A stretch of 64,000 nt of DNA from Tubulanus polymorphus (Eukaryota; Animalia; Nemertea). The notes under the pieces are model-generated. The model ran no database searches. It saw only the letters and a list, made by a program, of their open reading frames with translations, and was not told where the DNA came from. Within the stretch, counting starts at the first letter, position 1. Each line of letters begins with the position of its first letter. Shown piece after piece: positions 22,922-36,960 of the stretch. The DNA is taken from the NCBI RefSeq assembly GCF_964204645.1, contig NC_134030.1:16802110-16866109 (forward strand), given 5' to 3'. Made by a program: the position numbers and the translations under genes.

Positions 22922-25041
22922 ATAAATATTCAATGATTTATGAATTATTTCACTCACACTTTACTCACACTTTTAATGTTTAAAAAATCTAACTCATACA
23001 AATATTTTTACTCGAAATATGTTTAAAATATAAACTATTTCACTCACACTTTACTCACACTTTCTTCTAGTGAGTAGAAAATGGAAAATAAATTCGAGTG
23101 TGTGAGAATTTATTTTTCATTTTTATGAGTTTTGCGACTAATTCAAGTAGAAATTGTTGTTATTTTAACATTTTGGAAAATTTCTCGGGCTCGACCTTTC
23201 GACCTTTGGTATGAAAGCCTATTATCCCTATTACTCCCCCGGTTTATAAATATCACAGTGTTTGGATATCACTGTTATTCCAACTATCAGTATCCATGGG
23301 ATTATTTGGGATTCATTCTCAGCGTCAGAATACGTATTTCTAGAGCAGTGGAACGGCAGCCTGCTCGTGACTGAAACCCGTATGTGATCGTGCGGGAACG
23401 CCTTTACTAAAGTTAAAACCATTTCATGATGACACGAAACATCAAACAGTAAACGGTAGGCTACTACCATGATACGATATCACCAATAAAGATAGATCAT
23501 TTTATTTAATTTTACCAGAGTTGTTTATTGGAGGAAAATATCATTGTTAAGTACGCCGAGAACAACCATGTTGTATTATCAATCAGTTGAATGACATTGT
23601 AAAATTCGATTCGGCTATATTCTAATATAAGTTTTAACTTTAGGACCCCCCTTCCCGCCTGCTGCGCACTCATAAGGCGGTAGCACCCTCTTACGCACTC
23701 GGCAGAGATTCGCTTTGTAATGTGCGCCGGGAAAAAATACCTTTTATTATCTTTTCCATGCGTTAAACAACAGTGATTGAATTTAAGCGTTGTCATAAAT
23801 TGCAATATTTCGATGGTTATTTGCCGCTGCTCTAGTTTTTTGGAATTGAATTGAGCGGCCTCGGTAGCTCAGTGAGATAAGGCGTGATGCTGTTGAATCC
23901 ACTAGCAATGCTGAGTGACAAGTGGGTTCGAGTCTTGCTAGCTGCAAACAGTGTGCGGGCAACACTTCAAAGGCCGTACCATTGTGGTGTTAGATGAACA
24001 ATCCAATAGGAATAGTCTTGGGAATCCAAGATCCAAACGACGTACGTAAAGCCAAAGGAACAAAAAGACAAACAAACAATCATCAGCCGGCCTCAGTGAC
24101 ACCAACGCCGGCATCGCTCTCTGCGACGTTTTTTGCATGCATACATGCATCAGAGCTTGAAGCTCTAAGATCAGAGGGTCTCGTTAATTTTTTGTTTTCA
24201 TTATTCAGTGGGGCCTAACAGTTCATGCGTAAAAATGGGTTTTTGTCTCCAAATCTTGATTGATATAAATATCTTGGCTGGGACATGATGGAAAACATCA
24301 GAATAAACTAGTTTCGTCTTTTTAACAGAATCGCATGAATGAGGTTTAACAGTACAAATAGCCTTGGCTAAATCGTTCGGCAGAAAATAAATTCATTTTC
24401 AGGAATAAAATCGTACTAGACAAATAGACCTTTAAGTCTGTGGTCCTCCCAATCAACATCGTCATAGAAGATTTTCCGGCAGATGTAAAACATTATAACC
24501 ACTTAATACCACAGTATAATCTACCAATGCTTCAAGGCCCATGGGCCTCTTGTTAACTGACTGTATCCAGTTTATATCTTTTCCACGTTTGGTACATCAC
24601 ATCGGGAATATCATAGCCTTCAGCAAGACTTTTTTGTATTTTGATAATTGATTTGTAGTCAATGTGTTTTAAGCGCTAACGTTGACGGACACCGTCTCTC
24701 AATCCCATCGCCCTGAAGTCAACATCTTTCATTTTTTCCTCAATACCATGGAAAGACTTTAAGTCTGTGCATTGGTCCAAAAAAATGATTCTTCATTGCA
24801 GCTTCTAGTATTCATGCTTCGCAGGAGAAAAATCATCTCAACCTGGTTATCCAACATCTTTTGGAGCAATTTACAAACAGCTAAATCTACAATGGGGAAA
24901 TATCAATAGTATACATTTATTAGAAACGTAGTTATACTGAATATTTCACTTCATTTCATGCTTTCTCTCTCAAAATGGGTGATGTCATTCAAGACAATGG
25001 GTGATGTCATTCAAGACAAAGGAAAATAAAATTTTCCATCG

Positions 25042-25358
25042 TCCCTCGGCAGGGATTCGAACCTGATGGCATCGAGATTGCCACGGTACAAAACCCTGCC
25101 ACACTAGACCGAGTATGGAGCTACATGCGCAGCTTTGATGATGTCATTATCAGCCAATCAGATATCCCGTTTCATTTTAGCCCGGGTTTTCCCATTTATA
25201 GTTCTTCCTTGAAATTTTCCTCAGCGATTATACAACGAGCAATCTGGTGCTGCAAGGTTTCGTGCGGCAAAAAACCTATGCGCCCGGTCTACTGTGGCAG
25301 GGGTTCATGCCATGGCTGAGTGTAGCGATGCTATCAGGTTCGAATCCCTGCCGAGGGA
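25042..25358. mobile_element. Small inverted-repeat element with tRNA-like (Pol III A/B box) arms
   Basis: tccctcggcagggattcgaacctgatggcatcg / cgatgctatcaggttcgaatccctgccgaggga; B box GGTTCGAATCC in each arm; partial relative at ~62400-62486. Confidence 0.65.
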
Positions 25359-27319
25359 GGATATAAATTTTCATAAAATGTCGTTTCTTAAGGGTAATTC
25401 AGCAATCAATGAAAATCAATGAAAGGGCATTACAGAATTGTCACTGACCACTGTATAAGTTTGAATTTACACGTATACGAAAACCAAATGAAGCTCATTG
25501 TTTAAAATCCATGTGTTCTTACTTTAAACTTTCGATGAATTAATGAATTACTACATACAGGTTTATACAAATTTTCCTTGTCCATTGCAGAAAAAAACTT
25601 AGGAGCGACACGTAATTTCTTACAGATTGTCGAAAGTTTCGGATGGTTTATCATCTAGTAATAACATATCGATTCATAAGTGAAGAAAGACAACTTTTTG
25701 TAAATTTCAACCTGTAGCCTCAATTCATACCCTGTTCAGAATAAATTCAACCCTCAATGTGCAAATTGTTGGAATTTTTGGAGGTTTCTCTAATACCGTC
25801 AATTTTAATATAGGTTTCTCCCACATAACAAAGCCTTATCTAAATGCATATTATCTGGTATAAACACATCTGTTACATAATCGTTGTTCATGTATTCAAT
25901 TGTATTATCTGTCTCATAGTTCCTGTCCCTAACCTTCCTAACACTTATCATTTATAAATCTTGAAAATATTTTTGTTTGGCCTACATAATATAACAATCT
26001 CACCATCATCACTATCGTCCATTTCATATCGAGATGGAATCTTTCTTTTCCTAATTCTTGTACATTCTTGCTCTTCTGATTCACTGATATTACTTGTTTC
26101 TTCACTTCGCCGCATCTTTTTGATGGCCTCCACATAGGTTTCTAAAAAATAATTTACAGATAACATATTTATTTGTAGTAATTCCTAAAGTTGCATTTCT
26201 ATATCTGATAAACCAGTCCAAAATCCATCCATCAATTATATCTTAAAGGCAGACGAATTTCCTTTATGACCCTATATTTAATATAACGATTTTGCATGAC
26301 AACATATCAACATGTTTGGGAAATTCAACAAGCCTAATGTCATTTGTTACAAGCCCTGTGATTGGGGATTGGCTTGACTGGATTCTGGTCCACTAGTTAC
26401 GACTCTGATGAATTGCGAGGTCAAGGGGTTCGGGGAATGACTTTAGCAAAATGGGTTGAATCCCCTGATGGGTGATGAAATCACAATTAATTTTGATAAA
26501 AAGAATTTTGAAATTTTGAAATCTAACTCACCTGCATAAGACATGATTCTTACTTCAAAGTTCTGCCAATTCTTTTTATCAGGCAACTGTCCTCGCATGG
26601 CCTTCTGACTAGGGTTTGTATTAGGCCAGTATGACATAGTTATCTGCAAAATTTTGTGGACTAAATAATGAGTATGAATTACTTAGATGATCAGCAGCAC
26701 AAAGAACATAGCCTGAAAAATGTCACAAACACAATATAAAAATGTATAGTTATGAAACTATTAATTACAATAGGTGCCTGGCCAGTCAGCTACTTTTATT
26801 ATGATTAAAGCAGCAGAAGTTTCTACATAAAGGATGTATAAACTTAAAAGAATCAATATTTCTTTCTAAGAACAAATTTTAGGTCAGGATGGATCGTTTT
26901 GATGTCTTTGTAAGATACCGCATTGTAATCGTCTTAAGGCTAAAAAGTAGATAGCTTGTTCCTCATCCATCTCTGGTAAGCCTCAAAGTTGCCCAGCAGC
27001 CACCTATCTACCCTGTAAATGAATTTTTTTATACCATAGCAGACCCGGCAGCTAAAAATGAACCGATTATGCATTTTAAACAATAATATTTCATCATCAT
27101 TGACCTACTTACATCATTTTATTTTTCAAGCCAGGATTTGTGCGAAACAACAACTGTATCATCCTCAATGAAGTGGACTATTGCAAAATCTCCCATCTGT
27201 GGAAACAAAAGGAAATAAAATTCTTAATGTTTGGACATGTAGATAGCAGTTTAATTCTTCTTTTACTGGAAAACATACATTGTGACTACAGGAATCTATT
27301 TGCCTTGTCCATGCCACTA

Positions 27320-30300
27320 CTAAAGATGGTGCAAGAAAACCATAAATGCATATGAGCCTGTTATATAATTGAGTGGTTTCTTCATTGCTCTTGATGTGGG
27401 TAATTGGTGTATTTGTTCCACATATGTATTTCTACAGTTTACTTTATAAACTCCAACATGACGAGAATCGCAGGGCTGGCGAAACAGTGGCTCTAATCGT
27501 TCAAACACACGGCAACATAAAATATGGTTAACATCATAAGCATTTTCAAGAACCTCGTAGCACATTCCTCCATGGAAATAACAGTCTCCGATGTGTGGCT
27601 TTCTAAGCAGTGGTAATTGGTTCTCTTTCGGTGGTGAGTCAGATATCTCACCCAATCGTTTCACAATCTGTGCTAACGGAGAATTGGCAGATCTGAGCAA
27701 CTGCTTAATATGTTGCATGTAGTTTTCGAATGGAAAAGCGCTAAACATGTCAAGGTTTCCATACCTTCTCACATCATTGGTAATATGAAGCAGTGAGTGA
27801 AAATTATACACCAGCATTTCTTGTCCATAAAGGTTCTTGGTCTCATGCACAAAATATCTTAGTAGCTGTTCTGCATAATTGATATGTTCGAAAGAAAGTC
27901 TTGGACCAATAAGAATAGAGATAGCAACGCTTAAGCAAAGAAAATGTTGATACAGATCTTCTCTGAGTATATCTTTTAATACAAGTTTCCCTGTATACAA
28001 TAAAAATTGTCTTAGCTCCGTGGCTTTTCAAATCTTAATCTTGTCAAGGCCTCGGGGCCTGCGTTGAAATACATCACATGGAACATACTTTTTAGGCCAG
28101 CCGTAGGCTGAGCCTATTACTATACAAATGGAGCGAATTTAAATGACATGGTTTCCACACAAAAGGCTCTTTTGCTTGCCAAGTGAGGGCATATTCGAAC
28201 AAATCACGTATTTAAGCGTAATCCATTCTCGGAATCGTAGCGAGCAGAATTTTGAAATAGGGTCTCATAAAAATGTTTTCTGCATTTTTCACCAAAAAGT
28301 TAAATCGTGAAAATTTCAATTTTTATCAGCCAATCAGGAAGTTGTGTCTTCCCTGTGATTGGTTTATCTGAAAATATCAGCAGCTGTTCACGTGAATTAT
28401 CGCGATTTCATTACTGGCGCTTTTGCGCATGACGTCATGTATCAACACGCGACAATACTTCCGCGTTCGCTACGTGTTCGCTGATTGGCCCATTTACTGG
28501 GAAATTCCACAGAAGCCTAATGTGGTTTGTTACAAGCGCTGTGATTGGCCCGACCCAATTCTGGCATGGCTTTAGCTTAGTGGGTTCAAATCCCTTGACG
28601 GGTGAAGATGATGGATCCTATCAATATCTATTGAAACAAATAAGTTTCCCGGTTGGGCAGCCGCGGATATCTACCGGAAGTGTTCTGGTTCGATATTTCG
28701 AGGTTTCTTAGAATTTTGGAGTGATATTGAAATCCGGTGAATACCAGCGGTAGATCGTGAAAACCCATTGCATGATATTTGTATTACTTAATCAACGAAA
28801 AGCGTCGGGGCCCGCCAGGAGTTTTCGTGATTCAAGTAGCGCAATAGCCTACTTCTTCGTGTTCGTCCACCTCAATTTTCACTCCGCCGATCTCTGACAC
28901 GGCTCTGTCCCCGTCGGCGCTGTGATTGCACTTTCGTACCACCAAAATTTTTTATTTCTATATCAGGGAGGTCTGGAGAATAAAAAAGTCAAAATTTGGA
29001 TATCACATAGGCCTGATTTCATCGAATAAGTCGACCATGGTCGTTACGTTTCCGTACTTATTACCACCTAAAACCGTCTGAACAATTTTGTCACAACCAA
29101 CATTTCGTTTACAGAAATCAGGTGTTCACGTGAATCCGCGGTATCGTCTACTGTTTTACTTCCGGGTTTTATTTTAAGATTTAAAATTGTATTTCAAGAT
29201 TGATTTCTATGAAGTCTTTAGTTGATTTGGTGTTTGGGAGGAATTTTTATTTGCTCTACAGAAAATTCATCCTTGACAATTGCGCAAGGTTCGCGAAAAA
29301 AAGGTTTTACCAAATCGGGTGTATGACCTTGATATGCTAATTAGCCATGTGCCCGAATTGCAAATTCAATCAAATTTTATTCTGCCAAAAAATGTTAAAT
29401 ACAATTCGCTTTCCGAGAGTTAATGGTATGCTGCATGGAACAAAGTTGTTTTGAGATGGGTCTTGAAGCTATTGAGGTCGAGAGACAACCATCTAGATAG
29501 TTTGTGAGAGTTCCAAAGTTTTGAAGACGCTTCAAGGTAATGCCTTGATATTTGTTTTATACGTGTATCTACCCTAGACACATCTTCAGGCCAAAAACTG
29601 GCCCTGTCAGATTCAAGATGGCCGACTGGCAGCCATTGTTGTTCGCCAAAATCAGCACTTTTTACACATTTTTGAAGTTTTCGAGGGAAATTTTGAAGAC
29701 ACTTTTATCAATAACCTTGATCATTCGTATATATTTGTAGCCCCCGAGGGCCCATCGGCATGAGAAAAATTGAGTCGATCGGACTCAAGATGGCCGTACT
29801 GTGACCTTTTTTGTTCCCAAAAATGTCAATTTTGGCCTGAATTCTGAGTACTGTAGCTTTCTAATGGTGCGCCATGTTTCATTGCAATTTGTAATGGGTA
29901 TTCTTTGGAAAGGGATCTTTTATATCCGAGAGGGTATTTTTGACCAGGCAATTATGACGCACTTGGCAGCCATCTTGGGGTCATCAGTACTCATTCGTAG
30001 GTGGAAAAAAAGTTTTTCCACATCATAATTGATACTTAAGCATATTTTGCTACTATAATCAATTGGAAAGTTGTAGCTCATGACATGTTCTACGATCGAG
30101 GTGAGTTTCAAGCTCATTGGTTTTTTTTATGGCCACCAGGGGGCGTTGAACAATACAATAACTTAGTATTTCTATATTACATTCGTTCCTGTTGTCTGTG
30201 TTAACACACGATTTTACTATGTAAATGATATTGAGCAGGGAGTGTATATTGATAAATATAACCCACAGATTACATCATTTATAAAAAGCAAATCTGACAG

Positions 30301-31622
30301 GCTGGCCATTGTGCCCCTTGGGGCTCTTGTTTAATTCATTCAGCCGAGCACTTATTAGAGTGATATTTTGATGTGATATTCTTACGCGACGGTTACCAAA
30401 TGTCCAAGATAACAATAGACGTTTGGTAACACCGAGACAGACCTGGTGCATATAGTCTATCGGAAAGTGGTTGACCATATCTATATCCAAGACTGAAAAT
30501 GGGCTTAAACCACGGTGATGGGCTTCTTGTTCCTGTGTTCTGTATGACTCATCCGTTCGTGATGTAATATCATCCACATTTGGATATGTCATGCGCCCAA
30601 CCCACTCTCACTTTTGATTGCACTTGTCACAACCATGGTAACCATTGTAACTTATTACTCATCTTACAAATGCCTTCGCAGGCATATCACAGACAATGCA
30701 TCTTAGTGAAATACGTATTTGCCTTTCATCGAAAATTATTCCATTCACAAGAATATACCTCAATTCATTGATTGCTTCCATGAAGGAATTCAAGATCATC
30801 TGGTTTTGAAGCGCCACAGGTGACTGTCACGGCAAATAGAGTTAATTTCTCTAAGTTAACTATTGCACACAGAACAGGCCACAAAGAGAGACTTGAACTC
30901 TTGAACAAAGGTAACCCATCAATGTTCAGAGATAAGACAATGTGATCCAAAGAGGTTTGTATGTCAACTGGATAATGCCTCAGTGCTTTAACTAACTGTG
31001 TTTCAAGCTCCAAATAAACATATTCCATTCCAGACTTTTCACTTAATGTTACAGAGCGAACTGTACCCAGCAACGTACGAGTAGTTTTAGGTAACTGATG
31101 ATATTGTCCCAAAATCATTAGTATTTCATCTGCAGCATTATGCTTAATTTTGTATTTGTTTATCCATTGACACAACTCATCACGTAAAGATATATCCCGA
31201 ATAAAATCATTGCCATCTTCATCTGATGAAGAATCAGAAGTTTTACCCCTCAATCGATCTGCATTAAAACGTTCAATATTTTCAATGTCCATATACGGAT
31301 TATAAATAACGGGTTCCCCATCTGAATTCTCTGCATCCGGATCATGAAAACAGGTTCTCCATCTGAATAGTCTGCATTAGGATTCATGATAATGCCATCT
31401 AAATTTTCAATATTTCCATCATTATTAACATCGACGTCATGGCTTCGTACATCACCATCATCAGATATTCCAAATTCACAATTTTGGGAATTTTGTACAC
31501 TGCCTACTGGATCCCTCAGGGATTGAACATTTCGATTTTTGCTTTCAACACTTTAATGCGCTAGTCGGTATGCTCGCATGTATGATCTGTAAGTTTTACG
31601 TGAATTAAGTCGATTAGCCATC
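27320..31622 (-). pseudogene. EnSpm/CACTA transposase, interrupted and frameshifted
   Basis: LPKTTRTLL, LNIDGLPLFKSS..LWPVL, DYMHQVCLGVTKRLL, ATELRQFLLYTG, VYNFHSLLH, SAFPFENY; accessory-gene exons downstream at ~25940-26710. Confidence 0.85.
28089..30332 (+). mobile_element. Helentron-like non-autonomous insertion (composite) inside the EnSpm transposase
   Basis: 5' T-run + ggccagcc; 3' ggctggcc + gcccc-tt-ggggc hairpin + tcttgtt; splits the transposase at RLNELN|KYVP; same 3' end at ~6937-6972. Confidence 0.6.
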
Positions 31623-32382
31623 CTAATGTAATGATAAATTAAAGTTGATAAATAATAATCGATAAAACATAACACTAATCAGATTAATGGTCGAGGCCAC
31701 AATTATGTCCTGGTGGCTATAAAGTGAATCCAACCCTACTTGTGTACTAAGTTTGAAATAAATCTTTCAACAATTATGGCCTCTAGGCTGTTTACACGTT
31801 CACTGCCACCTAGTGGTTTAACGTCCGGTCGCCATTGCCAACGCTAATTTTTGACATTATACAATTTATATACTGCCAGCACTATTTGTACATTGATAGA
31901 TAAATACACTGATCTATTTTAGTGTAAAAAACCAATGACGAGATAACTCGTCACTGGCACTGGTAAAGAGATTCTCAATTTTTTCTTGTCCCCATTACCA
32001 GTGAAAAGCGTGAAAAATCAAATAAAAATCTAAAAGAATAAAGGTTTTATTTTAAAAATGATATAGAATGATTTTAGTCGTTATAATCTCTAAATATTGG
32101 CCGGAAAAGAAGCTAAAATGCATTGCTTTCTGAATATTTTTTTGAAAAAATTTCAAGTGTGCACCAGACTTGAGTTACCCCCATAAATGATATCTTAGTC
32201 TCTCCATACTGCCAGACAATTATTATATGGTTTCTCGCCTCTGCCAGGTCATTCATAACGCTGTAAAATGACATTGAATCGATGACGATATAACTCGTCA
32301 TGGCAAACTGTAGCGCACCCACCATGACGATTTATCTCGTCAGCGGCAGCGAACGTGTTAAGGTCACTTCAGACGAAGGTAA

Positions 32383-33301
32383 ATAAAAAGTTGGTTTTAG
32401 CTTGACGTTAAAATGAAAAGTTGGTTTTAGCGCGACGTTAAAATGAAACGTTGGTTTTAGCGCGACGTTAAAATGAAAAGCTGGTTTTAGCCCGACGTAA
32501 AAATGAAAAGTTGGTTTTAGCCCGACGTTAAAATGAAACGTTGGTTTTAGAGCGACGTCAAAATGAAACGTTGGTTTTAGCGCGACGTTAAAATAAAAAG
32601 TTGGTTTTAGCGCGACGTTAAAATGAAAAGTTGGTTTTAGAGCGACGTCAAAATGAAAAGTTGGTGTTAGCGCGACATTAAAATAAAAAGCTGGTTTTAC
32701 CCCAACGTTAAAATAAAAAGCTGGTTTTAGCACGACGTTAAAATGAAAAGTTGGTTTTAGCGCGACGTCAAAATAAAAAGCTGGTTTTACCCCGACGTTA
32801 AAATAAAAAGCTGGTTTAAGCAGGATGTTAAAATGAAAAGTTGGTTTTAGCGCCACGTCAAAATGAAAAGCTGGTTTTAGCCCGACATTAAAATGAAAAG
32901 CTGGTTGTAGCGCGACATTAAAATGAAAAGCTGGTTTTAGCCCGACGTAAAAATGAAAAGTTGGTTTTAGCCCGACGTTAAAATGAAAAGTTGGTTTTAG
33001 CGCGACGTTAAAATGAAAAGTTGGTTTTCGCCCGACGTTAAAATGAAAAGTTGGTTTTAGCCCGACGTTAAAATGAAAAGTTGGTTTTAGCCCGATGTCA
33101 AAATGAAAAGTTGGTTTTAGCCCGACGTTAAAATGAACAGCTGGTTTTAGCCCGAAGTCAAAATAAAAACTTGGTTTTAGCCCGACGTTAAAATGAAAAG
33201 TTGGTTTTAGCGCAACGTTAAAATGAAAAGTTGGATTTAGCCCGAGGTTAAAATGAAAAGTTGGTTTTAGCCCGACGTCAAGATAAAAAGCTGGTTTTAG
33301 C
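32383..33301. repeat. 30-bp minisatellite, ~30 units
   Basis: Unit aaatgaaaagttggttttagcccgacgtta. Confidence 0.95.
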
Positions 33302-34818
33302 ACGTAGTTGAATTCAATGAGGTGATGAAATGAATATTATAACATGGCTGCCTTAGGCATAGCTTTTTAGGCCTACCTTTACTTTTTACATGTAGCCCAG
33401 TTGTTTAACAAATGCTAGCTATGAGTTTTGACTAGTCTGCCAACAATAAGAAGTGATTAAGACTTCAGAAGACTGATTAAGGCGCAACAATTTACGTTGT
33501 AGCCTATCTATGGACATGCCCTTGCCTACACAATTAGATAAAAACCCACTAGGCCTATCTACAAATGAAAATAATTTAAAAACAAGAAATTAATTTGTGA
33601 CGTCATTTCATAAATAAATAAAGAAGCAAGGCTCCGAGAATATCCAAATCACTGGTTACTGTGAATAATTGGGGTTCGACCAGCCACAAGTTAAAAATGT
33701 ACTACCTTGTTTGTGAAGTAAGTTTATTCATACTGTTATTAAAAGCAGTTCCTTTTAAACATTCTATAATATTATAGTTTTGTTCGTGGATATCAATACT
33801 TCGAAAAATCAACAGCGGTTTATTTATTTATTGTACCGGTACGTGTTTTCTTAATTGAATTGAATTGGTCCGGTTCAAAAGGCGGGTCATACTAGTTAGC
33901 GTCAGAAAATGTCAGCGTCGGTGATACCTTGTTATCGTCGATATTAAACGGTCTAAAGTCAGTTTATACATCACATACATTACAAATTGGAGGTCCCTTG
34001 TACATCACATCGTGACACAGCGGCGATGGTAATGTCATAGAAGAACAAAGTCAGTTGAAAATACCTACCCACTGCACCGATAAAGAATGATTGCAAGCCA
34101 GAGGTCAGTGACAGACAGTCAGTAATGGGGAGTGATGGTACCGTTCGTGATAATGTTTTTATAATGGTTATTGGACGTCAATTTCATATGTGAATTGTAG
34201 TCCCCATCTGATCGCTTGACTTGTCAGATTGTTTTGTCACTCCTCTGCTTATAGTAACACTATAAGGCCTTCCCACCTGCATAGTTTAACCTATCGGCCA
34301 AATTTGTGCTTTGGGCCAAATTCGGTTTTCTTATCTAGTCAACTTTTTTTCTGAACTGATAATAACCGAATATGCGCTTAAACTGTCACTAGGGGATGGT
34401 AAAAACACCGTAGCTTCGTTCTTCTCGATGTTATTTCCCCCAAAACCTGGCACATTAGTACTTTGCGCGTAGTAGCACATGTGGGTCAACATATCCATGT
34501 TGTGAGTTGACAACTAGGTGGCACTCTTTCAAAAAAACGGAATGTAACAAACTAATTTCGGGTGAAATCTTTGCTCGCATCCCTGAACGACATTCTTTCC
34601 AGAAAGGCAGACCCGTTATCGCTGCTTGCAGCTATATTTAGTGATTATAATTGTTACGATTTCCGGAAAGTTCAACTTCAAGTTCTAGTACTCCTTTAAT
34701 CTAAGATTAGACAGGAAGATTTTATGTAGCGTTTTATGAGATTTAACATCGTCATATTTTCACCAAATAACTAAATCTTCAAAAAGATTCTAAACAACAT
34801 GAACATACCTAACATATA

Positions 34819-34821
<3 letters not shown>

Positions 34822-34899
<78 letters not shown>

Positions 34900-35051
34900 T
34901 ATATATATGCGTGCGTGCGTGCGTACGTACGTACATACATACGTACATACATATTTACATACATACATACATACGTATACATACATACATACATACACAC
35001 GTATACACATGTATACATACGTATACATACATACATATGTATACATATATA
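34822..35051. repeat. Compound microsatellite (TA)n/(GCGT)n/(CATA)n
   Basis: Directly visible. Confidence 0.95.
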
Positions 35052-36960
35052 CAACTGTAAAGGTTTACAGTTTTTCGTTTTTTAACTTTTTCGACTTTGC
35101 CAGACCAAACAGATTTTGAACGACTGTCTCTGTCAAACCAGCTGTGAAATATCGTACGTCCAATAATGCGTCCTTCTACTATATCGGGCAACAGACTGAT
35201 AGAGTTCTCATCAAGTTCTGGAAATTCTGCAGAATAATTTTCGATTGACAAGGTTCTGAAATTTTTTTTCGATTTTTTTCCTTTCTGATGTAGATTTCTT
35301 TTCAACTTTTGAGTGCAATTCTTCTAGAAATTTCAAACTTAACTTTTTTCACCATGTTTTTGTTAACTTTATTGTTATTCGGTCCTGCTGTTCTGTCAAA
35401 TTTGATGGCATTTTTCTGCTGCTCTGGTGAGAGTGAATCAATGAAGTCCATAACCTTATTTTTTTTAGCATGGATTCGAGCAGAAAGGAACGACAAAGTT
35501 AAGCGATCTTTGCTGTGCAGCAGAAAACATTCCCATAATTTCTTCTGCATTGATATTGTGCGAACGCGCAGTTTCGGTTTCCTTGCGGAGGTGTTCAGTT
35601 ATATCAAGAGAAAAGTAGCGCTCATACTGACGGTTTAAAACTGTGACAATAGCATTCATATAAGAAAAAAACATGGTAGAAAATAGGGTGAAGTTCTCGT
35701 TCGCGGGTTTAACCATTAGCTTTTCCAATATTTTATCACTTCCTTCTAAATCGTTACCAAAGAAGTCTTTTTTCAAGTTAAACACACTTGCTGGATCCTA
35801 ACATATACTTTCACATTGAGTGATCACCTTTCTAACTTTTGCTATTCCATCCATGTGCGGAATCTCTGCTGCAGCTGATCTGTAAAACATTTGCATCCAG
35901 GGACCAGAGATCAGTTTACTGATTAATCCAAAGACATGCAGCTGGAGCAGTTTCAATTTTTTCCATGTCTGCAAGGAGACTGGCAGTTAAACCCCCACAA
36001 GATGCAGCACCGTGAGCGAGAAACTCGAGGAAATATGAATGATACACAAAGTACTTTCCACATAAATGAAAAGCTACGTGCAGTCTGTTGCCACGATATC
36101 TTGGTATGAATCCCTTCTTGAATTTTTTCTCTTCAAGAAAATTTACGAATGATTTTGGGTCTTTTTTACTGTCTTATCTGAGCTTTTTCATTTGAAGAAC
36201 GACGTTGCCTGCTAAGCAGTCTGATCCAAACAGGCTGCCCTTACTCTGCTGAATAGTTTTCAGGGCAGCCCGGCATTTTGTTGACAGAGTGTCCAGCGGG
36301 TGTAGGTGGCAGTTCGATGGTTCACAGTCACTCTATCCGTCGTAGTATTTTGAATATTTTGTATCATTTTTTTAAACTTAGGTAATCTACACCATAGTGA
36401 AGATGATTGACTTTGGTTAGATGGTCAATGGATTCTAGTATGTGGTTAAGATAGTCCTCACCAGTGCCACCAGGTTATTGATCGATAGCTATAACAACAC
36501 ATTCCGATTTTGTGGTCACATGAATGCTATTGATATGAACCCCTTCCTGAGTTGTAGAATCAAACGCGAGCGTTAAATTTTCATTGTTCATCAATACATT
36601 TGAGGATTGCAGGTCTGCCAAAATACCAAGCTCTCGGGCCATCGATTCAACAGTATTCCGACATGGAACTTTGTCCAGTTTAACACCTAATCTTTCACTG
36701 AATTATATTACAAGAACTGGCACAATTTTTGGTGGGAACTTGGTTTATAATAGCCTCATACACCAAGAGTCGAATCTCTGAAGAATAAGTTTTTTAATAA
36801 ATTTTTGATGATGTTAAAGTTGCATTAAGATCACAGATGATGTCCTCCAATATAAGATTTTCATTCTGTAAGTTTGCAATTTCCTCATTTTTACCACTGA
36901 ATTCTTGAGATTACATTGGATGGTCATCAGCCATAGATGGTTCATCACTTTCAACCACGG
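35052..36960 (-). pseudogene. Decayed DDE transposase with CxxH motif, superfamily unassigned
   Basis: Pieces read across frames: LTLAFDSTTQEG, TDRVTVN, NCHLHPLD, RYRGNRLH, SGPWMQMF, SHNINAEEIMGMFS. Confidence 0.55.

Larger units (their letters stand above)
17296..23235. mobile_element. Copy A: 5.9-kb palindrome, an inverted dimer of an AT-rich hairpin-ended virus-like unit
   Basis: Position i pairs with 40531-i from 17298 to 23233; 22-nt asymmetric centre at 20255-20276; all ORFs mirrored; sharp AT shift against the flanks. Confidence 0.9.

Noticed and set aside
17298-23233. Palindrome as a pure assembly artefact
   Set aside because: Disfavoured but not excluded: the flanks are unique, the arms differ at two or more sites, and the same axis recurs in diverged copy B with compensatory changes.
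25280-25358. Genuine tRNA gene
   Set aside because: A B box is present but I cannot form a convincing cloverleaf; it is part of an inverted repeat.
32332-33303. 323-aa repetitive ORF, or a CRISPR-like array
   Set aside because: Translation of a 30-bp head-to-tail minisatellite with no unique spacers and no cas genes, in a eukaryotic context.
34771-35119. YI/YV-rich ORFs
   Set aside because: Microsatellite translations.
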